Source: Octopus sinensis (lineage: Eukaryota). Taken from it: a DNA stretch of 64,000 nt. The notes beneath the pieces were generated by a model. It did not search any database and had not been told where the DNA came from. It was given only the letters and a program-made list of their open reading frames with translations. Below, piece after piece: positions 37,750-48,250 of this stretch (its first letter is position 1; every line of letters begins with the position of its first letter). Made by a program: the position numbers and the translations under genes. The stretch covers positions 89,342,001 through 89,406,000 of the forward strand of contig NC_042997.1 of the NCBI RefSeq assembly GCF_006345805.1, in the 5' to 3' direction.

Positions 37750-37787
37750 TCTTTTACGTTTCAAGCCTATGCTCTTCGACAGAAAGA
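37750..37787 (-). ncRNA. Minimal type I hammerhead-ribozyme-like motif (A6U variant) in a Penelope/retrozyme-like repeat
   Basis: Minus strand reads UCUUU-CUGUCGA-A-GAGC(AUAG)GCUU-GAAA-CGU-A-AAAGA: stem I, core, stem II, GAAA, palindromic ACGU, cleavage-site triplet GUA. Confidence 0.6.
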
Positions 37788-37949
37788 TACACAGAAAAAA
37801 TCAAAGAGAGAAAAAAATGTGTGTAGTAGCTAACGATCTATCATGGCGTATGACTTCGGACAGAATGGTCAGACGGGAGAGGGGAAGTTGAGGAGATAAC
37901 AAGGTCAAGATGACCTCCAATACGAAGGGGCCCCCAACACAAAGGTGCG

Positions 37950-38480
37950 TGTGTGTATAAGAGAGTATGTATGTGCGTGTGAAGGAGGGCTGGTGGTCTA
38001 GACGTGTGTGTGTATGTATGTGTGGGTGTGTGGGTAATGTGATGTGTGTATGTAATGTGTAGGTGTAAAGATGTGGGGATGGGTGTGTGGGTGGTGTGTT
38101 GTGATGTGATGTGTAATGTTGTATGGTGTAGTGTAGTGTGGTGTGGGGAGATGGGGGAGGCATGTGATGTAGAATGTAGTGTGGTATGATGTGGGGAGGT
38201 GGGGGAGGCGAGAGTGGGGAAAGCACAGGTGGGGTGTGGGTTCGGCTGGGGGTTAGGGTAGGTAGAGGGTGGTGTTAGAGGTGAGGTATGTGGGGGAGGG
38301 TGGGGGGATGTGAAGGATAAGGAAGGTGGAGTAGGGGTGGGTGGGTGGGTTTATGGGGGAGGGGGAGAGAAGGAGAGTTAGGGAGCAGAGGGAAAAGAGG
38401 GGAAGAGAGTAGGGGTGAAAAGATGTAGGAGTGAAGAGAAGTAGGAGTCGGGGAAGAGGTTAGATGAAAGGGGGGGAGTT
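37950..38480 (+). repeat. Low-complexity GT/G-rich tract with G-quadruplex potential
   Basis: Many G3-G6 runs, including GGGGTGGGTGGGTGGG at 38334-38349. Confidence 0.75.
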
Positions 38481-38526
38481 GAGCTCAAATATATACACTT
38501 TATTGTAATGTATATATAAGTAGTAT

Positions 38527-39033
38527 GGAGGCGCAATGTCCCAGTGGTTAAGGCAGCGGACTCACGGTCGTAGGATCGCGGTTTCGATTCCCAGACCGGG
38601 CATTGTGAGTGTTTATTGAGCAAAAACACCTAAAAGCTCCACAAGGCTCCGGCAGGGAGTGGTGGTGAACCCTGCTGTACTCTTTCACCACAACTTTCTC
38701 TCACTGTTTCTTCCTGTTTCTGTTGTACCTGTATTTCAAAGGGCCAGCCTTGTCACACTCTGTGTCATGCTGAATCTCCCCGAGAACTACGTTAAGGGTA
38801 CACTTGTCTGTGGAGTGCTCAGCCACTTGCACATTAATAAATGAGCTGCGACGTCACTGGTGCCAAGCTGCATCGGCCTTTGCCTTTCCCTTGGATAACA
38901 TTGTGGTGTGGAGAGGGGAGGCTGGTATGTGTGGGTGACTGCTGGTCTTCCATAAACAACCTTGTCCAGACTTGTACCTCGGAGGGTAACTTTCTAGGTG
39001 CAATTCCATGGTCATTCATGAACGAAGGAGGTC
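38527..39033 (+). mobile_element. tRNA-derived SINE, apparently chimeric
   Basis: A-box-like cccagtggttaagg and B-box ggtttcgattcc; CpG-intact head; 3' half matches the family at 36620-36835 and 41325-41640 (reverse). Confidence 0.85.
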
Positions 39034-39751
39034 ACATATATAAGTAGCAACCATAAATAATTTTCAATATGTGGTTGAGATGTTCATTTTCCAACTAGAA
39101 ATTTTTTGAGCTCAATCTCACTGTAGGGTACCTCAGGCTATAGTTCCAAGCTGAACTAAGCCTTGTGAATGGATTTGGTAGATTGGAAACTGAAAGGATA
39201 TGATTGTATCTGTTTACATCTGCAATCACTTGTACGGTGCAGTGAGCAGCATTGTAATTGGTTTCTCCTGTCAGCATATCATCCAATCATTTTGTGCCTT
39301 CAAAGTTGTGTGGAATGTGAAATCCCTTAGTTGAAACACATGTAAGGGTTAGCATGAGGAAGGGCAGCTGGCTGTAAAACAATACCTCATATATGTTAAA
39401 CCCATGTAAACATGGAAAACCACATATACACATGGGTAAGCCAGAGGACTCTGTCAAGCTCCAAAGCAGACAGTAAAGGTTGATGCAGTCCTTTGGCTTG
39501 CCAGCTCCTGTCACACTGTCCAACCTGTGCCAGTAAGAAAAACGGATGTTTAAATGATGCTGACACTGACTGTCAAGGACAAAATAAGCTTTTGAGAGGC
39601 CTAAATTTGCATATAGGGCCCAGGGTGATTTTATGAAGCATTTTTGGTGGGTGGCAGATGGAATGAATTGTCTTTTATAAATCATCAAATATGGTATGTA
39701 TTTAAGCAGCTTAAAAAAAATCACCTAAATTTTGTTTTGTCTTTAATTTAG

Positions 39752-39837
39752 TGCCATCATGAAGTACCATAACTTGAAGATGAAAGAGATCAACAAAATC
39801 ATCCGAGATCTTTGGAGAAACACATATAGAGGAAATG
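39752..39837 (+). CDS. RAD50: RAD50 exon T ([28 protein letters not shown])
   Basis: tttag| acceptor, G|gtaaaa donor; near-identical to human [28 protein letters not shown]. Confidence 0.98.
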
Positions 39838-40213
39838 GTAAAAAATCCCATCTTAACTAACATGGAAGTAGTAGGGGGTGGATCATTGCTGCTGTTTTAT
39901 ATATTCTTTATCCTTCCTGCCTTCATTTAAATTCATTGTAAATTTTGATTGACATGAGACTTTAAAATTAAATATAGCAAGTGAGTTTTAAATAGGGTTT
40001 TTCCAATCCCTTTAAAAACAATGTAAAAACAAACCAAAAAACACTAGAATGAATTTCCATTACCCAGGCCTCAGTAGTGTAATTGGTGGAATTCTGGTTT
40101 AAGCACACCATATAACCCCTCAATATCCTTTTATAATAATAATAATGATAATAATAATAATAACACTGAAAAATACCTTAGAAATGAGAACCCAGGTTCA
40201 AAATTTCCCCAAG

Positions 40214-40258
40214 ACACCTGAAGAAGGCTGGCGGGTATATCAGCAGCAAACGTTGTGT
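40214..40258 (+). ncRNA. Decayed minimal hammerhead-ribozyme-like motif
   Basis: ACAC-CUGAAGA-A-GGCUG(gcgggtatat)CAGCA-GCAAA-CGU-U-GUGU: intact 5' core and stems, but the GAAA and the base of stem II are disrupted. Confidence 0.55.
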
Positions 40259-40818
40259 TAACAACAAGATGAGGACAAATATCTGTACAATGTAAATAAT
40301 GTAAATAGTTCCCTTTAATCTATTTACAGCTAGGTGGACTGGATCTGGTAGAGATAAGAGGTTTCTTTGCTATAGTTGGCGCAGTGTCACTGAGATAGTA
40401 TGATTCATTAGCTCTAATACACATTATTTTCTTCCTCCAGCAATAGCAATCATGATGCACTTCACCATACTATGCCAAGAATGTCTGTCTTATTCCAAGT
40501 TAGCTTTGGTGTTTTATTGATTTCATGTGTGTGTCTGCCAGTAACCTCAAAGTTGTCAAGTGGTCTTAGAATTTTATTCACAGCTTTCACAATTTTGCAA
40601 GTCCACTGGTTTAGACCTGGTACTTTATTTTATCGATCTCAGAAGAATGAAAAGCAAAGTAGATCTCAGTGGGGGTTGATCTCAAAATGGAAAGAAGAAG
40701 AAAAAAAACTGGAACAAATATTACAAAACATTTTGTCCAACACTTTAACAATTCTCCTAATTTACTATTTCAAGTAATGATTTATTATAACTTATAATGG
40801 CTTTATAATCCATTTCAG

Positions 40819-40958
40819 ATATAGAAACTATTGAGATCCGCTCTAGTGAGGATGAAAGCGGAATCATGAAGAGTCGACGTAATTATAACTATCATGTGGT
40901 CATGATTAAAGGAGATGCAGTTATTGACATGAGGGGAAGATGCAGTGCAGGCCAGAAG
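40819..40958 (+). CDS. RAD50: RAD50 exon U, ABC signature (IETIEIRS...[26 protein letters not shown])
   Basis: tttcag| acceptor, AAG|gtgaat donor; contains the [10 protein letters not shown] signature motif. Confidence 0.99.
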
Positions 40959-42055
40959 GTGAATTGTTGTCTTTGTGATCTAAACAAAATACTGCCTGTA
41001 GATATATATTTTGTTTTTGTTTAAGGAAAAACTCCCAGTTTGCTATGTTAGTAGGACATTGACCTGCTGGCTAAATGATTAGTTATCAATTTTCAGTGAG
41101 AGTGTGTGTTTGTGTTCATGGCCAAGACATATTTTCAATGATTTAGTCTCCACTTATTTCCTTGTTTAGTTTCTTAACATTAAGTTTTCTGTTATGTGTG
41201 TTATTGGTGTGTTGTGCTTGAAATTGCATCTAGTTTTTATCAGGTTGGTAATTTCAGTAATGTAATTTTTATCATTATCTTTTATGTAGCCTTGTTGCTT
41301 ATTTTGTATGAAGCATTTAAAAGGGTAAAGACCCCCTTTGATCATGAATGACCTTGGGATTGCACCTAGAAAGTTACCCTCTGAGGCACAAGTCCAGGTA
41401 AGGTTGTTTATGGAAGACCATCAGTTACCTCCTCTCTCTTTGCCACTGATGTTATCCAAGGGAAAGGCAAAGGCCAATGCAGCTTGGCACCAGTGAAGTT
41501 GCAAGTCACTTCTACAGCTGAGTGAACTGAAGCAAAGTGAAATAAAGTGTCTTGCTCAAGAACACAACGCACAGCCTTGTCTGAGAATCGAACTTACGAC
41601 TTCATGATTGTGAGCCCAATGCTCTAACCACTGAGCCATGTTCCTTCACAATTGAACATATGTTCTGTACTGTAGATGATTGCTATGTTGAATTCTTTGA
41701 CATAGCTCCATTTTTCAGTGGAAGAAGTTCCATTGAGCTGATTTTGAAGTTTCTAAAAGTAGCTTCTAATGTGGATGTTGAAGGTTGGGAGCAGTTGCTG
41801 GAAAATGAATTGGTTTGGAAAGAAGTGAGATGCAGTAATTGTAATGTATTTGAAGCACAGTTGTAAAGTATTTGAAACAGATGCTCCATTTTGAAATGAG
41901 CTCTTTATAAGCAAGACTTGACTTCAATCCCAGACACTTTTTTTATCTGGAAATGCTTGAAACATCTGCAGTATGATCTATTTCATGATGTTGTTTACTA
42001 ATTAAAGAGAAGGCCATCTTTTGTAATGAAGTGGAAATCACTGTGTGTTTGTGTG

Positions 42056-42089
<34 letters not shown>

Positions 42090-43073
42090 TGTGTGTATAT
42101 CCTCTTCTATGTTAAGAGGCACAAGCACTTTCACACACATGTATACACATGACAGGAACTTTCTACAAAATTCAATGACAAGGCTTCAGTCAGCCTGAGG
42201 CTGTAGCAGAAGACACTTGCCCAAGGTGCCATGCTGTGTGACTGAACCTGAAACCATGAGGTTGAGAAGCAAGCTTCCTAACCACACACACACGCACACA
42301 CATATGGGTGTGTTTCTAAGCCTTAATCAATGAAAGCTGAATGCAAATTGTAAATGGTATATCTGCTTATTAAAACAAATTAATGGCTCTGATTTCACAA
42401 CCCCACTGGAAGAGATTATTAAAACTTCTTGTAAACCACTCCTGAAGTTTATTTTTTGAGCAAAATTCTTAGAAAATCACAGAAATTTACTGACAATCCT
42501 AAAATATCTACAAATGAATGAAAACAGATTTATGATAGTTCAAAGTACTGTTGTGTGTGTGTGTGATGGATTCTCCTGTCAAAGACAACATATGAGTGTT
42601 CAACTTTTACCAAACAACCTGCACAATTTATTTGTTTATAGTGATTGAATGTTTGTGCCTCACATTAGCTCACTCTTTCTATCAAATCAATGTTGTCTGA
42701 AAAGGTGCATGGTGTCGAATTGATCACAGAGCAACATGAGATGAAGTGTTTTTCTCAAGAACACAATGCACCACTCAGTCTAGGAATTGAAATCAAGATC
42801 ACTAGATCATGAGTGCAACACCTTAACCACTAAACCATGTACCCTCTCAAATATATAGAAGGCTAGTCAATCTCTTGTAGTCCATTATTATTGAAGTTAT
42901 TGACTATGACTAAAAATCCCAGGAAAAAAGTGTATGCAGGCAAAATGAATGAGTATACTGGGAATCAAACCTGTATTGTAGATTTGTCACACCAGGACCT
43001 TTGATATAAATCACTTCATTCATATTGCATCTCATAAAAGATTATCATTATTGCCCATTTTTTGTATTTCTAG

Positions 43074-43207
43074 GTTCTTGCTTCAATAGTAATCCGGTTG
43101 GCTCTGGCTGAGACATTCTGTATCAATTGTGGCATTCTTACTTTAGACGAACCTACAACTAATTTGGACCAAGAAAATATTGAAAGTTTGGCTAATGCTT
43201 TGGTGGA
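43074..43207 (+). CDS. RAD50: RAD50 exon V, Walker B/D-loop ([44 protein letters not shown])
   Basis: tctag| acceptor, |gtatgt donor; contains LDEPTTNLD. Confidence 0.99.
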
Positions 43208-44339
43208 GTATGTATAATATTTGTTATTGTACTTAAATTTATTGTTAGTTAGCCTTGAATTGATCGATTATTATAGTTACATTTTAAACAAAGTGGAAAC
43301 ATGAAGATATACAACATAATTGTTATTGGCAGCCTTAGCTGGAGCTGTACAGATAGGGCTGACCTGAAGGCTTTTAGGTATAAACACATGCCTCAAAATA
43401 TTTTCATTCAACTCATTGAGTTCTGCCATCCCTCACTCATACTCACACATGTTCATCCATCAGAGCAACAAGTACCAGCTGGTCTTAAGGTTGACTGCTG
43501 GTGTGTATAGTCATCATCATCATTTAACATTTGCCTTCCATGGTGGCATGGGGTGGACAGTTTGACAGGAGCCTGCACCAGACTTCTGTGTCTGTTTTGG
43601 CAGGGTTTTTACTACTGGATGCCCTTTCTGATACCAACCACCCAGCAGAGTGGACTGAGTGCTTTTTACATGGCACAAGCATATAGTGACTTTTGTTTAA
43701 AATGAAGAATAGTTACACATCAACCTCCCTCTCTCATCCCCAACCATCTTCAATCCAGTGGCAAGACAAGGTCAAGACAAATGCAGTGGATGACCAAGAT
43801 GTTTTACTTGCCTCATCTCACTCTCTGCATTCCACAATGTGTTGCTGCAGGTGCTTTCTCCATTGAACCAGGAAGGTTTCTTCCATCGGGTCTGTCACAT
43901 CCAGTCTTCATATGCATAAGTAGGCAAGCCTGAACATGCTAATTAACCCATAACTGGGATTGTGACAAGTGCTACTACTCCAGGTCAGAATAGACCTGGG
44001 AACAATAGTGGCTAAGACAAGGTTCTACACCCCTCAAGATCCTGGAACTCCCAAACCAGGGCCCTATTATCGGATGTGGTTTAAAGTCACACCCAAGGCA
44101 CACTAATGCATGCACACACACAAAACTGGCTTCTGGCATATGGTAGTTTTTGTCTACCATATTTCACTCATAAGGATTCAATTGATTCTAAGCTGTAGCA
44201 GAAGATGCTTTCTGAAGGTGCCACATTGAACCCAGAATCACCTGGTTGCAAAGTTTACTTCTTAACCTTACAGCCACATCCATACCTGCACCATTATAAA
44301 ATTTCTTCTTTTTTTTTTCTGTTTTCTTCCCCTTTCTAG

Positions 44340-44465
44340 TATCATCAAAAGCCGACAAGAACAACAAAATTTCCAGCTGGTAATTATTACCCATGATGAG
44401 AACTTTGTGCAGATACTTGGTCGTTTGGATGTTAAGGAATATTATCGAGTGAAAAAGAACGAGAA
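44340..44465 (+). CDS. RAD50: RAD50 exon W, H-loop ([41 protein letters not shown])
   Basis: ttctag| acceptor, |gtaagt donor; [11 protein letters not shown] matches human NFQLLVITHDE. Confidence 0.98.
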
Positions 44466-45749
44466 GTAAGTATATTTTATGGTTTCCCTCCCATTCAGTG
44501 ATATCATATATAACAATATAGCAAGTTACTTGGTGACTCTGCCAGTGCTGGTGTCATGTAAAAAGCATCCAGTCCACACTGTAAAGTGGTTGGCATCTGG
44601 AAAGGCATCCAGCTGTAAAAACCATGTCAAAACTAACCTCACTTGTGCTGGTGCCATGTAAAATGCACTCAGTCCACTCTGTGGGGTGGTTGGTGTTAGG
44701 AAGGGCATCCAGCTGTAAAAGTCATGCCAAAACAGACACAGAAGTCTGGTGCAGTCTTCTGCCTAGTCAGCTTCTGTTAAACTGTTCAACTCATGCCAGC
44801 ATGGAAGGCAGACGTTAAACGATGATGGTGGTGTTGGTGGCAGCGGCGGTTGTTGTTGTAACCATGTCTGTGTAACAGCTTGGATGTTGTTTTATAAAGT
44901 CTTTTAATTATGTTATCTTTTACTTGTTCCAGTCATTGGACTGCAGCCATGCTCCTGTACCACCTAAAAATTTAGTCAAACAAATCTTCAAAGTGTAATA
45001 CTTTTTTTTTTAAGGCTGGTGCTTATTCTGTCTCTCTTTTTGTTGAACCACTAAGCTGTAGGGACATAAACAAACCAATAGTCAAATGGTGATGGGGACA
45101 ATGGCCTGGCTCTCTCTTGGTTACAGTGATGAGTGTTCCAGAGGATATGGTCAGCAGAACAGCTTGCTTGTGAAATTAGCATGCAGGTGGCTGAGCACTC
45201 CACAGACAATTGTACTCTTAATGTAATTCTCTTGGAGATTCAGTGTGACGATAGAATGTGACAAGGCTGGCCCTTTGAACTATAAGTGCTAGTCATTTTC
45301 ACCAGCCGAGTGGACTGGAGCAATGAAAACTAAAGTGTCTTGCTCAAGGACACAATACACAACCAGGTATCAAACTCACATCCTTACAATCATGAGCTGA
45401 ATACCCTAGCCACTAAACTGTGTGCCTTTACAAGCACAAAGACATACGCACATAAATACATGCTTACACACTCACACACACGATATGCTTCTTTTTGTTG
45501 CCATCTACCAAATTCACTCACAAAGCTTTCATTAACCTGATTGAAGCTATAGTAGAAAATACTCGCCCAAGTGCCATGCAGTGGGACTGAAACCAGAACT
45601 CTGGGGATGTCAAACAAACTTCTTACCACACAGTCACACCTGTCCACTGGGAATCATGTAGAAAATAGAAGTTAGAAAAGATAGAGGAATGGTATGAGCA
45701 TACCCTTGTCCAGTATAACAATGTCTTAAGTTAGCAAAACCGTTTAAGA

Positions 45750-45994
45750 AAGTGGTTCTCTACTAGGTTCCATATGGCTCTTAGGGGTACATATTTAATT
45801 TTGTTGTTAAAATTTATGTGCAATAAACTGGTCATACATCTACAATACACAGATTATTTTAATTATTTTATGCAATTCATAATATTAAATTACAAAAATT
45901 ACAATAGGATTTCTTTTTATATTCATTGAATGGCTATATGAGTCTAGTAAAGTAAAATAGGAGTCCATAAGCAAAAAATGGTTGAAAACCAGTG
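45750..45994. mobile_element. hAT MITE
   Basis: Degenerate TIR aagtggttctc / gaaaaccagtg; perfect TSD gtttaaga. Confidence 0.82.
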
Positions 45995-46389
45995 GTTTAA
46001 GATTTCGCAACAGGGAGAGAGAGGGAAGGCTTTATATTGTTGTGAATAAGAAATCAAGTGAATGTAAAATAATTGATATTGTAATACCTGGCAACAGTAG
46101 AATTGTGATCAAGGAACAAAAAGTAGAAAAGCATCAAAATCTTCAGTGAGAAATCGTAAATGATGATCATTTATGGAAGATAACATGTAATAACAGTAGT
46201 GATAATATTTCCAGGTATAATCTTGAAAGGATTAATTGGAAAATTGGCAAAGTCATTAGAGCATAGTTCAAAATACTTTGAAGTATTTGTTCCAGCTCTC
46301 TGTGTTCTGAATTAGGACCTTCATTGAGAAATTGTAACTAGCTGGTCATTTATGGAAGATAACAGTAGTGATAAAATCTACAGCTATAG

Positions 46390-46615
46390 CAGTAGTTTCC
46401 AAAGTGGGGGTGGGGTACATTAAAGAGAAACAGGGTGACTAAAAGTGGGTAATGGATATAAGAAAAACCAAAATAAGGGGTTAATTAGGTAAAGTTTTAT
46501 TTGTGAAATGCAGTTGTTTTGAATTTACTGTAGAAAGTGGTCTATATGTGTTGTGCACTAGGAATGTGGCCTGGGTGTCAAGGGGCAGTAGCCTGAAAAG
46601 GTTTGGAAACTACTG
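46390..46615. mobile_element. hAT MITE, family 1
   Basis: TIR cagtagtttccaaa / tttggaaactactg; perfect TSD agctatag. Confidence 0.9.
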
Positions 46616-48106
46616 AGCTATAGTTTTGAATAGACTAGTTGGCAAATTGGCAGAGTCATTAAAGCATAGTCCAAAATACCTTGCAGTATTTGTTGCAGAT
46701 CTCTGTGCTCTGTGTTCAAATCCAACGAAAGTCAACTTGTATTCTTTCAGGGTTGATTGAGGAAAGTACCAGTCCTGAGTGGTGGTAGACTGATGGAATT
46801 GTTAGAACATTTGATAGATATACTTTATATTCTGTGTTCTTTTGTGAGTGCCCTCATCTGTCACCCAGTCACTTGGACCTCAGGTTCCTTGGCAAAGTTC
46901 CCACTTTTGCAAGCATTCAGGGCAGGTTTCTGTTTTAAGAATAATTTTCTCCTTTCCTTTCACTATTTTCAGATCCCTGCTAAAATACAGAGTTAAGGAC
47001 ATTGTACTTCCCTTGCTAACTAAATAGTTAAAAAGGAAAGAGACAAATGGCTAACCATATCTTGCATCTTTTAGTTATTTTAGTCATTGGATTGTGGCAT
47101 GCTAGAGCATCATCTTAAAAGATTTTTAGTTGAACAAATTGACCCCAGTACTTATTTTATAAAATCTGCTACTTATTTTATCAGCCTCTTTCACCAAGTT
47201 GATAAGTTACAGGGACATAAACAAACCACCAATGGTTGTCAAGCATTGGTAGAGGACGAACATAAGCATAAAGACACACACATGCATGCGCGCACACATA
47301 CACACACATGGCAGACTTGTTTTAGCTTCCATCTACCAAATTCACTCACATGGCTTTGGTTGGCCTGAGACTATAGCAGATGTCCTAGATGCTATGCAGT
47401 GGGAATGAAGCTAGGACCATTGCTTGGGAAGCAAACTTCATATTACAGCCACGCCTCAGCCTAGAAATCAATTTTTAAATAGACTCTACCTCTACTCCCA
47501 CCCTCCAACATACCCCTCAATTTGTAACAGAATATTAAGAATGCTCTAGATTAAACATCAAAGGCTTTAAGACCAAAATTATTAACTAACTATTTTGCAA
47601 AAGGCAGCAAACTCTTGTCAAGTTCTTTGAATAGAGAAAATAATATTTGTAAAGATGGGTTATAATTAATTGGTTCAACAAAACTAGCAAGCTAGTGGTA
47701 CTTAGCATTGATCATTGAGGTATGAAGAACAAAAGTTACTTAAATAGTACTGGTGCTGGTGCCACATAAGAAATACTGATGGTGCCTTGTAAAAAACACC
47801 TGGTACCCTCTGTGGGGTGGTTGGCATTAGGAAATGCATCCAGCCATAGAAACCAAACCAAAACAGGCTATGGAACCTGGTTTGGCCTCTGGCCTTGCCA
47901 GTTCATGTCAAGCTGTCCAGCCCATGCTGGTATGGAAAATGGATGTTAAATGCTGCTGCTGTTGATGATGATTATCTAAAACTATGTTATTCAATCTGTC
48001 CTTTCTTTTTTAAATTAGTAAGTTCAGTGATTACATAAAAAGCTCCTTTGTTAGCTTGTTGCTATTTCTAAACCTTGTCTAACATTTTCCCTTTCTTTAT
48101 TTACAG

Positions 48107-48176
48107 TGGATGTTCTCGAATCAAACGTGTATCTGTGTGGAGAGTTGACTCAGATGGAGACAATGACCTTCATTAG
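48107..48176 (+). CDS. RAD50: RAD50 terminal coding exon X (GCSRIKRVSVWRVDSDGDNDLH*)
   Basis: ttacag| acceptor after a polypyrimidine tract; GCSRI resembles human QCSEI; TAG at 48174-48176 followed by AATAAA motifs. Confidence 0.88.
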
Positions 48177-48183
48177 TGGCCTT

Positions 48184-48250
48184 AATAAAGACAAGTTTTG
48201 TCAAAATTTTCAGTTATGATATTATTCATGTTTCAGTGTATATAAATAAA
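48184..48250 (+). terminator. Candidate RAD50 polyadenylation signals (AATAAA at 48184 and 48245)
   Basis: Two AATAAA hexamers after the stop codon; the second is followed by a U/GU-rich tract (tgttgctttatttattttttt). Confidence 0.6.

Larger units (their letters stand above)
1156..48176 (+). other. RAD50: RAD50 gene model (5'-partial; 24 coding exons, 837 aa plus stop in window)
   Basis: Manual splicing of 24 GT-AG exons gives an unbroken ORF collinear with human RAD50 from about residue 485 to the C-terminus: coiled coil, CPLC hook, YNYx[30 protein letters not shown]. Confidence 0.98.

Noticed and set aside
37801-38226. 141-aa His/Pro/Thr-rich minus-strand ORF
   Set aside because: Translation of a low-complexity GT tract.
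38527-38600. tRNA-like sequence with A and B boxes
   Set aside because: No proper acceptor-stem pairing, and it runs straight into SINE body sequence; it is a SINE head, not a tRNA gene.
44405-44410. HDE-N-F versus human HDE-D-F as another A-to-G restorable codon (AAC near 44401-44403)
   Set aside because: As I recall, this position is N or K in other eukaryotes, so no restoration is implied.
2886-44465. Apparent excess of symmetric (frame-preserving) exons in the coiled coil
   Set aside because: 10 of 23 is close to what phase frequencies alone would give.
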